The notes beneath the pieces were generated by a model, which was given only the letters and a program-made list of their open reading frames with translations, did no database searches and was not told the DNA's origin. Positions 9,159 to 19,727 of a DNA stretch of 64,000 bases are shown piece by piece. The stretch lies in contig JBEKEK010000019.1 in assembly GCA_050013875.1 (NCBI GenBank), forward strand, positions 3,807-67,806, given 5' to 3'. A program made the position numbers and the translations under genes. Each line of letters begins with the position of its first letter. Position 1 is the first letter of the stretch. Source of the DNA: Trebonia sp. Its GTDB lineage: Bacteria; Actinomycetota; Actinomycetes; Streptosporangiales; Streptosporangiaceae.

Positions 9159-10745
9159 ATGAACGAATGGCCGCGCGAGTTCGGCGAGGTTCCGGGCTAC
9201 GAATTCGACGGGCAGCGTGCACCCGGTCACGCCAGGCATGGGTCCGGCGTGGGTCAGCCGCGCCGTCAGACGTGGCCGCAGACTCCGCAGCCAAGCTGGC
9301 AGCCAACGTCGCCGCCGGCCTGGCAGCCGGGACAGCCGCCGCAAGAGCGGCGCGGGGAATGGCCCCGAGACGGGCGGCAGGCACCGCCCGCGGCTCACCC
9401 GCCCCCCCTACCCGGCCCCCCTCGGCCTGGCCGCCACGCCGGCCCGCCCGGCCCGGCCCGGCCAGCTAGCCTGGCCGGCCGCATTCTCGCCGCGATGCGA
9501 GGCCGCAACCTGGTCATAAGCCTGGCCTTGCCGCTGCTGGCGGCGGTCGCCGTCGGCATCGCCGTGGTCGTGGTCGCCGGGGCGAACGATGGCATAAGCA
9601 CCGCCCCCACGGCGACCGCCGCGGGGTTCCCGCCCGCCCGGTTGGCGGTGTCGGATTTCGGCGGCGGGGCCGGCTCCTCGGTGCAGGTGTCCGCGATCGC
9701 GGCGGCCGGCGCTACCCAGGTCGCCGCGGGGAGCGCGGGCGGCGGGCTCGCGCTGTGGGCATCCGAGGACGGCGGGTCAAGCTGGCAGCGCGGTGTCGTG
9801 ACGCCGTCCGGCGGCGTCCGCCCGGGCAGCGGGCAAATCGGCTGGGTGGCGCATGGCGCGTCCGGCTGGCTGGCGGTGGGCGACACCCTGGGCGGCGCGG
9901 CCGCTGCCCGGCCCGTTGTGCTCGGCTCGCCCGACGGCCAGACCTGGACAGCGGTCGGCGGCGCGAGCGTGTTCGCGGGCTCGGCCGTCACCGCCGCGGT
10001 CGCGGCCGGCGATGCCGGCTACGTGATCGTCGGCCACGTGCCGGCTGGGGCGCGCACTGTCGCCGCGGCCTGGTACGCGCCGGGCCTGACTGGCTGGCGC
10101 CGGGCGTCGGACGCCAGACCGGGCGCGCTTGACGGCTCAGGGAACCGGGTGATGACCGCGGTCACCGCGACCAGCGGCGGGTTCGCCGCGGTCGGCGCGG
10201 TCGGTACCCACCCGGCCGCCTGGCTGTCAGGCACCGGCCGGACGTGGGCGCTGGTGACGCTGCCGCTGCCGGCTGGCGCGGCAAGCGCGTCGCTTGACTA
10301 TGTGGCGGCGCACGGCGGCACGGTGGCGGCGGTCGGCACCGAGATCACGGCCTCGGGTCAGCGCCGGCCGTTCACCGCGGTATCGGCGAACACGGGCGCC
10401 ACCTGGACGGTCGCCTTGCTGCCGCTGCCCGGCGGAATCAGCGCGGGCTCGGTCACCTCGGCCACGGCGCTGACCGCGGCGGGTGGCGGGTTCACCGCGA
10501 CCGGCACCTACGGCACGCCCGGCGGGACGGACGTCGTCGTCTGGACGCTGCCGGCCGGCGCGGGCATGGCGACCGGGTGGACGGCGGTGGCGCCCCAGGG
10601 CACCGGCTTGGCCGGCCCCGGCGCGCAGGCGATCACCGCGCTCACCGCGACCAATGCCACCCTGATCGGGGTCGGCTTCACCACGTTGACGGCGACCGCG
10701 ACCGCGGCCGAACCGACCATCTGGCAGTCTCCGGTCCGGTCCTGA
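9159..10745 (+). CDS. Hypothetical membrane-anchored protein: Pro/Gln-rich N-terminus, one TM helix, repetitive beta-rich domain
   Basis: Hydrophobic LVISLALPLLAAVAVGIAVVVVAG; repeated Asp-box-like motifs (SEDGGSSW, SPDGQTW, SGTGRTW, SANTGATW). Confidence 0.7.
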   Translation: MNEWPREFGEVPGYEFDGQRAPGHARHGSGVGQPRRQTWPQTPQPSWQPTSPPAWQPGQPPQERRGEWPRDGRQAPPAAHPPPLPGPPRPGRHAGPPGPARPASLAGRILAAMRGRNLVISLALPLLAAVAVGIAVVVVAGANDGISTAPTATAAGFPPARLAVSDFGGGAGSSVQVSAIAAAGATQVAAGSAGGGLALWASEDGGSSWQRGVVTPSGGVRPGSGQIGWVAHGASGWLAVGDTLGGAAAARPVVLGSPDGQTWTAVGGASVFAGSAVTAAVAAGDAGYVIVGHVPAGARTVAAAWYAPGLTGWRRASDARPGALDGSGNRVMTAVTATSGGFAAVGAVGTHPAAWLSGTGRTWALVTLPLPAGAASASLDYVAAHGGTVAAVGTEITASGQRRPFTAVSANTGATWTVALLPLPGGISAGSVTSATALTAAGGGFTATGTYGTPGGTDVVVWTLPAGAGMATGWTAVAPQGTGLAGPGAQAITALTATNATLIGVGFTTLTATATAAEPTIWQSPVRS

Positions 10746-10761
10746 CTACGATTACGTAACC

Positions 10762-11526
10762 ATGACAAGCACTGAGCCAGGCACCGTCTTCGTCACCGGC
10801 GCGAGCAGCGGTTTCGGCACCGCGGTGGCCCGCCGCTTCGCGGCCGGGGGCGCGCGCGTGATCGCCGCCGCCCGCCGTGCGGACCGCGTGCGGATTCTCG
10901 CCGATGAACTCGGCCCGCAGGTCCTCCCGCTCACCCTCGACGTCAGGGACCGGGCCGCGGTGGCCGCCGCCGTCGGTGCGCTGCCGGCCGAGTTCGCCGC
11001 CGTCGACCTGCTCGTGAACAACGCGGGCCTCGCGCTCGGCCTGAACCCGGCCCAGGACGCCGATCTCGATGAGTGGGACCAGATGATCGACACCAACTGC
11101 AAGGGCCTGGTCTACTGCTCCCGCGCGATCCTGCCGGGCATGGTGGCCCGCGGCCGGGGGCACGTGATCAACCTCGGCTCGGTGGCCGGCAGCTACCCGT
11201 ACCCGGGCGGGAATGTGTACGGCGGCACGAAGGCGTTCGTGCACGAGTTCAGCCTCAACCTCCGCAGTGACCTGCACGGCACCGGGGTACGGGTGACCTG
11301 CGTCGAGCCGGGCATGGCGGAGACGGAGTTCTCCACCGTGCGCTACGGCGGGAACACCGCCAAGGCGGACGCCGTCTATTCCGGCATGCGGCCGCTGACG
11401 GCCGATGACGTCGCCGAGTCCATCTACTGGGCCGCGACGCTTCCGCAGCACGTCAACGTGAACACGATCGAGTTGATGCCCACCGCCCAGTCCTTCGCCC
11501 CGTTCCAGGTCGCCCGCGAAAGCTAG
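10762..11526 (+). CDS. SDR oxidoreductase, YdfG-like NADP-dependent 3-hydroxy acid dehydrogenase
   Basis: TGASSGFG, NNAGLALG, YGGTK, PQHVNVN. Confidence 0.9.
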   Translation: MTSTEPGTVFVTGASSGFGTAVARRFAAGGARVIAAARRADRVRILADELGPQVLPLTLDVRDRAAVAAAVGALPAEFAAVDLLVNNAGLALGLNPAQDADLDEWDQMIDTNCKGLVYCSRAILPGMVARGRGHVINLGSVAGSYPYPGGNVYGGTKAFVHEFSLNLRSDLHGTGVRVTCVEPGMAETEFSTVRYGGNTAKADAVYSGMRPLTADDVAESIYWAATLPQHVNVNTIELMPTAQSFAPFQVARES

Positions 11527-11571
11527 TGGGCGGAAGCCAGCCCGTCAGGGAAATCTCATTACTCTGATCTG

Positions 11572-12738
11572 GTGACCCGACCGCTGCTCAACCGCCGCCT
11601 CGACGGCCTCGGCAACTCCATCTTCGGCGAGATGTCCGCCCGCGCCGTCGCCACCGCCTCGATCAACCTGGGCCAGGGATTCCCCGACGTTGACGGCCCG
11701 CGGGAGATCGCCAAGGCCGCCGCCGACGCCATCCTGGCCGGCCACGGCAACCAGTACCCGCCCCCCACTGGCATCCCCGAGCTGAGGCGGGCGGTGGCGC
11801 GGCACCAGCAGCGCTTCTACGGACTCCGCTACGACGCGGACGCCGAGGTGCTGATCACGGCGGGCGCGACCGAGGCCATCGCCGCCGCGCTGCTCGCCCT
11901 GCTCGAGCCGGGGGACGAGGTGATCGCGTTCGAGCCCTACTACGACTCCTACGTGGCGATGATCGCGCTGGCCGGCGCGTCCCGCGTCCCGCTCACCCTG
12001 ACCCCGCCGAGCTTCCGCCCCGACCTGGCCGAACTCGAGGCCGCGATCACCGGCAGGACTCGGCTGCTGCTGCTCAACAGCCCGCACAACCCGACCGGCA
12101 TGGTCCTCACCGCCGGCGAGACCGAGGCGATCGCAAGGATCGCCATCTCCCATGACCTGCTGGTCATCACCGACGAGGCCTACGAGCACCTCACCTTCGA
12201 CCGTGAGCACATCCCGTTCGCGACCATCCCCGGCATGCGCGAGCGCACCGTCTCCATCGGCTCGGCGGGGAAGACGTTCTCCTTCACCGGCTGGAAGGTG
12301 GGCTGGGCCACCGGCACGCCGGCCCTCGTCAACGCTGTCCGCACCACCAAACAGTTCCTCACCTACGTCAGCAGCGGCCCGTTCCAGTACGCGGTCGCGC
12401 GGGCCCTCGACCTCCCCGACAGCTACTTCACGGCCATGGCCGACGAGCTCAAGGCGCGCCGCGACCTGCTGGCCAGCGGCCTGGAAGCGATCGGCTTCGA
12501 GGTCTACTCGCCCGACGGCACCTACTTCATCACCACCGACATCGCCCCCCTCGGCGAGAAGGACGCGATGGAATTCTGCCTGGCCCTGCCGGACCGGGCG
12601 GGCGTGGTCGCCATCCCGAGCGCCGTCTTCTACGACGACCATCCGGAGGCGGGCCGCACGATGGTCCGCTTCGCCTTCTGCAAACGCCCCGAGGTGCTCA
12701 GGGAGGCAATCAACCGCCTGTCCGTTCTCGCCACCTGA
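11572..12738 (+). CDS. PLP-dependent class I aminotransferase (DapC/YbdL-like)
   Basis: INLGQGFPD, NSPHNPTG, DEAYEH, SAGKTFSFTGWKVG, RFAFCK. Confidence 0.9.
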   Translation: MTRPLLNRRLDGLGNSIFGEMSARAVATASINLGQGFPDVDGPREIAKAAADAILAGHGNQYPPPTGIPELRRAVARHQQRFYGLRYDADAEVLITAGATEAIAAALLALLEPGDEVIAFEPYYDSYVAMIALAGASRVPLTLTPPSFRPDLAELEAAITGRTRLLLLNSPHNPTGMVLTAGETEAIARIAISHDLLVITDEAYEHLTFDREHIPFATIPGMRERTVSIGSAGKTFSFTGWKVGWATGTPALVNAVRTTKQFLTYVSSGPFQYAVARALDLPDSYFTAMADELKARRDLLASGLEAIGFEVYSPDGTYFITTDIAPLGEKDAMEFCLALPDRAGVVAIPSAVFYDDHPEAGRTMVRFAFCKRPEVLREAINRLSVLAT

Positions 12739-13040
12739 AAAAACACAAACTTCAACGGAACCATCCCCGATGCGCCGCGCGGGTCCCGGCCCTGTGCTCC
12801 CCTGGCGCGTGGCCGGAACCCGCTCCCCTGCAGGACCCGGCTGGGGGGCCGAAACTGGCATCCCCCTCGTGACTTCAGCTTCGTTTTCCCCACCGTCCCC
12901 CGTCCTGCACCTGTATGAGTGCGAGGCAGGCCGGACGCCAACAACTTTTCTTCAGGAATCTTCAAAGTTTTCCTGCGGTCCTTCCCCGCTCGCCGCCCGG
13001 CGCTCGGGACTGTGCTGGGTCGGTCACCTAAGCTTTCGGC

Positions 13041-14201
13041 GTGGGAGAACCTGCTGAGTGGGATGTTGCCGTTGTTGGCGGCGGGCCGGCCGGACTGGCC
13101 GCCGCGAGTGCTTCCGCCGCCGCCGGGGCGCGGACCGTGCTGCTCGAGCGGGCCGAGCATCCCCGGTACAAGACCTGCGGCGGCGGCCTGCTCGGTGTTT
13201 CCCGCGCCGCCGTGGCCGGCCAGCTCACGCTGCCCGTCAGGGACGAGATCAGCTCGGCAACGTTCACCCTCCGCGGCGGCAGCGAGTTCACCCGCTCCAA
13301 CGCCGAGCCGCTGCTCACCATGGTGGTGCGCGATGAGTTCGACGCTGCGCTGCTCGGCCGGGCCGAGGAGAGCGGCGTCGCCGTCCGGCAGCGGGCACAG
13401 GTCCGGGCGGTCGACCAGGCCGACGGGCACGCGACCGCGCGGCTGGCCGACGGGACCGCGGTAACCGCAACGGTGATCATCGGCGCGGACGGGTCGTCGG
13501 GCGTCACCGCCAGGCACGTGGGCGCGGACTTCGCGCAGGTGGACCTGGGCCTCGAGCTGGAGATCGGCGTGCCGGAAGCGGTCGGGCGGCGATGGTCGGG
13601 CCGGGTGCTCCTCGACTGGGGGGAGATCCCCGGCTCCTACGGCTGGGTCTTCCCCAAGGGCGACCGGCTCACGGTTGGCGTCATCGCCGCCCGTGGCCAA
13701 GGGGGCGCCACCAAGGGGTACCTGCACGAGTTCGTCGGCCGGCTCGGGCTTGCCGGATACGAGACGGTCAGGGATTCCGGCCACCTGACCCGCTGCCGGA
13801 CCGACCAGTCGCCGCTGCGGCGAGGCCAGGTGATCGTGGCGGGCGACGCGGCCGGCCTGCTCGAACCGTGGACCCGCGAGGGCATCAGCTTCGCGCTTCG
13901 GTCCGGCGCGCTGGCGGGCGAGCACGCGGCCAAGGCCGCGACCGGTGGCGACCCGGCCGCCACGCAGTCCGCCCTGGACGGGTACGTGGCCGCCGTCAAC
14001 GCGACTCTGGTCCCCGACATGCGCGCCGGGCGGATGCTGCTGTCGGCGTTCACCCGGCACGCCGGGACCTTCCACAAGGGCCTGTCCACCGCCAAGGGGT
14101 GGGGCGCCTTCGTGAAGCTGTGCCGCAGCGAGCGGTCCTTCGCCGAGCTGGTCAACCGCCCCGCCGCCCGGCTGGCGCTGTCACTGATCAGCCGCGTCTA
14201 G
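13041..14201 (+). CDS. Geranylgeranyl reductase-family FAD-dependent oxidoreductase
   Basis: VVGGGPAG, RYKTCGGG, GADG, YGWVFPKG, GDAAG...EGISFA. Confidence 0.88.
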   Translation: MGEPAEWDVAVVGGGPAGLAAASASAAAGARTVLLERAEHPRYKTCGGGLLGVSRAAVAGQLTLPVRDEISSATFTLRGGSEFTRSNAEPLLTMVVRDEFDAALLGRAEESGVAVRQRAQVRAVDQADGHATARLADGTAVTATVIIGADGSSGVTARHVGADFAQVDLGLELEIGVPEAVGRRWSGRVLLDWGEIPGSYGWVFPKGDRLTVGVIAARGQGGATKGYLHEFVGRLGLAGYETVRDSGHLTRCRTDQSPLRRGQVIVAGDAAGLLEPWTREGISFALRSGALAGEHAAKAATGGDPAATQSALDGYVAAVNATLVPDMRAGRMLLSAFTRHAGTFHKGLSTAKGWGAFVKLCRSERSFAELVNRPAARLALSLISRV

Positions 14202-14436
14202 GGCCAGCCGGCTGCACGGCTACGATCGGGCGGGCTCTGGGCCGGACAGCTTCAGCGGCTTCACCGCGCGCCCCCCATTTTGGTGGCCGCGGCCATGTGG
14301 CGGCCGCAGCCGACGGTCGCAGCCGGCCCGCCGCGGACGCCGGCCGGGGCCAAGCCGGCCAATTCTGGTGATGCGAAGCTGACCAATCTCGGCCCAGGGG
14401 ACCAAGCGGCGGGCGTTACAGCGCATACTTAAGAAG

Positions 14437-15334
<898 letters not shown>

Positions 15335-15336
15335 TT

Positions 15337-16017
15337 CTAGTGCTTGTGGCGGAATAGCTCGGCCGGCCGCCCCCGGGTGCCCGACGTCATCTTTCCCGTC
15401 CCGGTCAGCTGCGGCTCCATCAGCCGCCTGAAGGTGTCCCGCTGGAACTTGCGCCCGACCACCGCCTCGTGCAGCTGCCGCAACTCGAGGATGGTGAACG
15501 GCCCGGGGACCAGGCGTTCCGGGTCCGGCACCAGCTCGTAACTGGCGCGCACGGTGGCAACCGCCCGCTGGATGATCTCGGTGTGGTCGTAAGGCAGAAT
15601 GCCAGGATCATCAGCTGGAACGATCCGTGTTTGCCCGTCGATCCGCCCGTCGAGGCGCTCCGGACGGACCACGTCCATATGGGCGACCGATAGCACCCAG
15701 CCGCGGTCATCGCGGTCCGGCTTGTCGAACACGTGCAGCTGCCGCGGCCGCGTTCCCTCGACCCCGGCCTTCTCCCGCAGGCATCGCTGCACCGCGTCGA
15801 GCAGTCGCTCGCCCCCGTGCAGGAACGTGCCGGGCAGTCCCCAGCCGGCCGGGTCGCCGTCGGCGCCCTCGGCGCGGTGCACCTGGAGCACCGACAGGCA
15901 GTCCTCGCCGGGCACCACGGTGAGCAGCGCGGCGTCCACCGCCACCGATGGGCGGGGATAGTCGGCCAGGGTCTTGCCCGCACCGTCCCGGTAGGGCGGG
16001 GGCTCGCGATGTTCCAT
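15337..16017 (-). CDS. NrtR-like Nudix-domain transcriptional regulator
   Basis: YPRPSVAVD, degenerate Nudix box WGLPGTF...E.L.DAVQRCLREKAG, RDDRGW, C-terminal wHTH FTILEL..LHE...GRPAELF. Confidence 0.85.
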   Translation of the reverse strand: MEHREPPPYRDGAGKTLADYPRPSVAVDAALLTVVPGEDCLSVLQVHRAEGADGDPAGWGLPGTFLHGGERLLDAVQRCLREKAGVEGTRPRQLHVFDKPDRDDRGWVLSVAHMDVVRPERLDGRIDGQTRIVPADDPGILPYDHTEIIQRAVATVRASYELVPDPERLVPGPFTILELRQLHEAVVGRKFQRDTFRRLMEPQLTGTGKMTSGTRGRPAELFRHKH

Positions 16018-16046
16018 ACATAAGAGTCTAAACAGTTAGATCAGCA

Positions 16047-16070
16047 TTGCTCTAAAATTCTTTGGAGCAA
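16047..16070. promoter_or_regulatory. Imperfect palindrome in the divergent nrtR/gntR promoter region (operator candidate)
   Basis: ttgctctaaaattctttggagcaa, in an AT-rich island. Confidence 0.4.
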
Positions 16071-16145
16071 GGTTACGCTAAAGAATCCGCGACTGGCCGC
16101 CGTTCGGAGATTGCGTGCCCGGCCCGCCGTCTGTAATCTTGTCCT

Positions 16146-16652
16146 ATGACAATAGATAAAGGGAACAGCGCGATCGAGTTCCGGCTCGACCCGGACACGG
16201 GAGTGCCGACCTACCTGCAGCTCGTGCAGCAGGTGGAGCACGCGCTGCGCCTTGGCTACCTCAAGCCGGGCGATCAGCTGCCCAAGGTGAGGGATGTGGT
16301 CGCCGCGCTGACCATCAACCCGAACACGGTGCTTAAGGCCTATCGCGAGCTTGAGCACAAGGGCCTGGCCGCCGGGCGGCCAGGTCAGGGGACGTTCATC
16401 CAGGCGACCTTGGAGCAGGTGACGCTGCCAGAACTGGCGGGCCTGCGGCGGACCCTGTTCGGCTGGCTCGCGTCGGCGGACGCGGCTGGCCTGGACGAGG
16501 ACGGGATCGTGGCCCTGTTCACCAGCGGGCTGCGGGATTTCTTTAAGGGCAGCGGCGGCAAGAGCAACGGCGGCAACCACGGTATCGGTATCGCGGACCG
16601 GGCGGGCGTGCACCGCTCCACCGCCGACGACGGAACGGAGGGCGTGGCGTGA
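16146..16652 (+). CDS. GntR-family regulator, YtrA subfamily
   Basis: YLQLVQQV...L.PGDQLP.VR......INPNTV.KAYREL...G.GTF; first gene of an ABC operon. Confidence 0.9.
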   Translation: MTIDKGNSAIEFRLDPDTGVPTYLQLVQQVEHALRLGYLKPGDQLPKVRDVVAALTINPNTVLKAYRELEHKGLAAGRPGQGTFIQATLEQVTLPELAGLRRTLFGWLASADAAGLDEDGIVALFTSGLRDFFKGSGGKSNGGNHGIGIADRAGVHRSTADDGTEGVA

Positions 16653-17566
16653 ACGTCATCGAGACCACCGGACTGGGCAAGCGCTACGGCAAGACGTGGG
16701 CGCTGCGGGACTGCTCGCTGGCGGTGCCCGCCGGCCACCTGGCCGCGCTCGTCGGCCCGAACGGCGCGGGCAAGTCAACGCTGATGAACATGGCGGTCGG
16801 CCTGACCATGCCGACCGCGGGGACCGCGACGGTCCTCGGCGGGCGGCCCGCCGGGTCGCCCGCCGCGCTGGACGGCGTCGCGTTCGTCGCGCAGGACGCG
16901 CCGGTCTACAAGAACCTCTCCTCTGCGGACATGCTGCACCTGACGTCGAACCTGAACCAGCGGTTCGACCGGTCGTTCGCGAGGGCACGGCTCGCCGACC
17001 TCGGCATCCCGCTGAAGAGGAAGGCGGGCAAGCTCTCCGGCGGCCAGCAGGCGCAGCTCGCGCTTACCCTGGCGCTGGCCAGGAAGCCGCGGCTGCTCAT
17101 CCTCGACGAGCCGCTGGCGTCGCTCGACCCCATCGCCCGGCAGGACTTCCTGAGCGCGGTGCTGACGGCGATGGCCGACGACGGAGTCTCGGTGCTGCTC
17201 TCCTCGCACCAGGTGGCCGAGCTTGAGCGGGTCGCCGATTACCTCATCGTGCTGTCCCGCGCGCAGCTTCAGGTGGCGGGCGAGGTCGACGACCTGCTCG
17301 CCTCCCACCGGGTGCTGACCGGCCCGGCGGCCGAGGCCGAGGAGTACGCGGCGCGGCTGACCGTGGTGCAGGCCAGGCGCGGTGAGACCCAGGCCCACCT
17401 GCTTGCCCGGACCGGCGCGGCGGCCGAACCGGTGCCGCCCGGCTGGGAGTCACACCCGGTCAGCCTGGAGGAGCTCGTGATGGCCTATCTGCGCAGCCCG
17501 GGGGTCAGCGAACCGGCAGCTCTGGCCAGCGTTCAGCGACCGACACCGACGGAGGCAACCCGATGA
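16649..17566 (+). CDS. ABC exporter ATP-binding protein
   Basis: Walker A GPNGAGKS, signature LSGGQ, Walker B LILDEP, H-loop SSH. Confidence 0.95.
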   Translation: MNVIETTGLGKRYGKTWALRDCSLAVPAGHLAALVGPNGAGKSTLMNMAVGLTMPTAGTATVLGGRPAGSPAALDGVAFVAQDAPVYKNLSSADMLHLTSNLNQRFDRSFARARLADLGIPLKRKAGKLSGGQQAQLALTLALARKPRLLILDEPLASLDPIARQDFLSAVLTAMADDGVSVLLSSHQVAELERVADYLIVLSRAQLQVAGEVDDLLASHRVLTGPAAEAEEYAARLTVVQARRGETQAHLLARTGAAAEPVPPGWESHPVSLEELVMAYLRSPGVSEPAALASVQRPTPTEATR

Positions 17567-18585
17567 GCGTGCTCACCCTGCCCGCGCAGCCAAGTCAGGA
17601 CACCGCCCCGCGCCCGCTGCCGTGGCGGCGGATGGCCTGGGTCACCTGGCGGCAGCAGCGCGCCACCCTGATCAGCGTTCCCGCCGTGCTCGGCGCGGTG
17701 GCCATTTTCCTGGTGATCGCCGGCCTGAAGTTCCACCACGACTACGCGGTCATCGTCAAGTGCCCCCTGGTCGGCAGCGTCCGGAACGAATCGAATTCCT
17801 GCCAGCAGCTGTTCAGCCATTTCAACTCCACCGACTGGCCGATTGGGAACACCTGCGCCATCTTGATGGCGCTGGTGCCGGTGCTGATCGGCGCCTTCGC
17901 GGGCGCGCCATTGCTGGCCAGGGAACTGGAGACCGGTACCTACCGGTACGCCTGGACGCAGGGCCTCGGCCGTGAGCGGCAGGTGATCGCCAAGCTCGCG
18001 CTGATCGGGCTCACCCTGGCCGTGCTGGCCGGGGCGTTCGGCGAGTTGTTCGCCTGGTTCTTCCAGCCGTTCCTGTACACGGAGCAGATGAACGTGCTGA
18101 CGGAGACGGTGTTCGACACCCGCGGGCTGGTGTTCCCCGCCTTCACGCTGGCCGCCTTCGCGTTCGGCGCGTTCTTCGGCATGCTGCTGCGCCGGGTCGT
18201 TCCCGCGATGGCCGCCACCCTCGGCGTCTACCTCGCGCTCCGCCTCGCCGCCTGGGGCGTGCGCAAGTACTACCCGGTGGCGGTGGTCACCAGCAATACC
18301 AAGATCTTCAGCCAGTTCCCATCGCCCAGCCTGCCAGGATTCCCGTGGATCCTGAGCACCTGGGTCACCGGTCCCGGCGGCCAGCCGGCCAGCCAGTCCG
18401 TCGCCAACCAGATCGAGAACCACCCACCGGGCGCGTCGGTGCCGCCGGGGTACACCGAGTGGAACCGATGGATCCCGCTCAGCCACTTCTGGCCCATGCA
18501 GTTCATCGAGGCCGGCTGGCTGCTTGTCCTCTCGGTCGCGCTCTTCGCCGCGACCGTCTCGCTAGTCCGCCGCCGGGCGGCCTAA
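17563..18585 (+). CDS. ABC-2 type permease 1
   Basis: WVTWRQ, GAPLLARELETGT..AWTQG, several TM helices, FWPMQFIE. Confidence 0.88.
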   Translation: MSVLTLPAQPSQDTAPRPLPWRRMAWVTWRQQRATLISVPAVLGAVAIFLVIAGLKFHHDYAVIVKCPLVGSVRNESNSCQQLFSHFNSTDWPIGNTCAILMALVPVLIGAFAGAPLLARELETGTYRYAWTQGLGRERQVIAKLALIGLTLAVLAGAFGELFAWFFQPFLYTEQMNVLTETVFDTRGLVFPAFTLAAFAFGAFFGMLLRRVVPAMAATLGVYLALRLAAWGVRKYYPVAVVTSNTKIFSQFPSPSLPGFPWILSTWVTGPGGQPASQSVANQIENHPPGASVPPGYTEWNRWIPLSHFWPMQFIEAGWLLVLSVALFAATVSLVRRRAA

Positions 18586-18607
18586 CCGGGCCGATGGAGA
18601 CAAGCCG

Positions 18608-19435
18608 ATGTCGGTCTTCACTCGCCCAGCCCGCCCAGCCTGGGCGGCCCGCCTTGGGCGGGCCGCCGAACCGCGGCCGGTGCGCTGGCCGGGAATGCTC
18701 TGGGTCACCTGGCGGCAGCACCGCGGTCTGCTGATCAGCGTCCCGGCAGTGTTCGCATTGGCGGTGGCCGCCATGCTGGTCTACGGGGCGCGGATTCACC
18801 ACGACTACGCGATCCTGAGAGCGTGCCGTCCGGCCGGCTCGCCCGCCTGCCAGGGGCTGGTTAATTACTTCAACAGCACGGACTGGCATCTGGGTAATTA
18901 CCTGCAGGTCGCGGTGCTGGCTGCCCCGGTGCTGCTGGCGATGTTCGCCGGGCCGCCGGTCGTCGCCAGGGACCTGGAGAACAGTACCTACCGCTACGCC
19001 TGGACCCAGGGCATTGGCCGGGTGCGCTGGACGGCCGCCAAGATCCTCATACTCGCGGTTGTGATCACGATCGCGGCGCTCGCGGTCAGCCAGCTGTTCG
19101 CCTGGTTCTTCGCCCCGTTCCTGACGACGGAGAGGCTGACCTTGTATACCGCGTCGGTCTTCACCACCCACGGCGTCTGCTACCCAGCCTGGACCCTCAC
19201 CGCGTTCTGCCTCGGGGTGTTCGTCGGCACGCTCGTGCGCAGGGTTCTCCCGGCGATGGCCATCACCCCGGTCGTCTATGCCGCCCTCGCCGCGCTGACC
19301 TGGTTTGACCTTCGCCACCATTACCCGGTGAGCACGTTCTGGCCCATGCAGTTGTTCGAGGCCGGCTGGCTCCTGGTCCTGTCGGCCACGCTGACCGCGG
19401 GCACCGTCTGGCTGGTCCACCGCCACGCCGACTGA
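18608..19435 (+). CDS. ABC-2 type permease 2 (shorter paralog)
   Basis: WVTWRQ, ARDLENSTYRYAWTQG, FWPMQLFEAG; clearly similar to permease 1. Confidence 0.85.
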   Translation: MSVFTRPARPAWAARLGRAAEPRPVRWPGMLWVTWRQHRGLLISVPAVFALAVAAMLVYGARIHHDYAILRACRPAGSPACQGLVNYFNSTDWHLGNYLQVAVLAAPVLLAMFAGPPVVARDLENSTYRYAWTQGIGRVRWTAAKILILAVVITIAALAVSQLFAWFFAPFLTTERLTLYTASVFTTHGVCYPAWTLTAFCLGVFVGTLVRRVLPAMAITPVVYAALAALTWFDLRHHYPVSTFWPMQLFEAGWLLVLSATLTAGTVWLVHRHAD

Positions 19436-19473
19436 CTAGGAGATTGCCGGCCACCAGCCCATCCACCGCCGAT

Positions 19474-19712
19474 CCTGTCGGCTACGCCAATGACCCGGTT
19501 GAACCTGTCGTCTACGCCATCGACCCGGTTGAACCTGTCGTCTACGCCATTGACACCACTTGGCGATGTCGTTGGCGTAGCTGACAGCGCCCTGACCTGT
19601 CGTCTACGCCATCGACCCGGTTGAACCTGTCGTCTACGCCATTGACACCACTTGGCGATGTCGTTGGCGTAGCTGACAGGATGAGCCTTGGGTCGTTGGC
19701 GTGGTTGACAGG
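19474..19712. repeat. BIME/REP-like mosaic array of a 21-bp motif, 5 direct and 3 inverted copies
   Basis: cctgtcgtctacgccatYgac-type copies at 19474, 19504, 19534, 19596, 19626; inverted gtcgttggcgtagctgacag-type copies at 19568, 19660, 19692; exact 85-bp duplication 19503-19587 = 19595-19679. Confidence 0.92.
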
Positions 19713-19727
19713 ACGTCGGCCGGCCGG

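Noticed and set aside
19474-19712. CRISPR array
   Set aside because: The linkers are 8-13 bp and reused, the repeats occur in both orientations, and there are no cas genes or leader.
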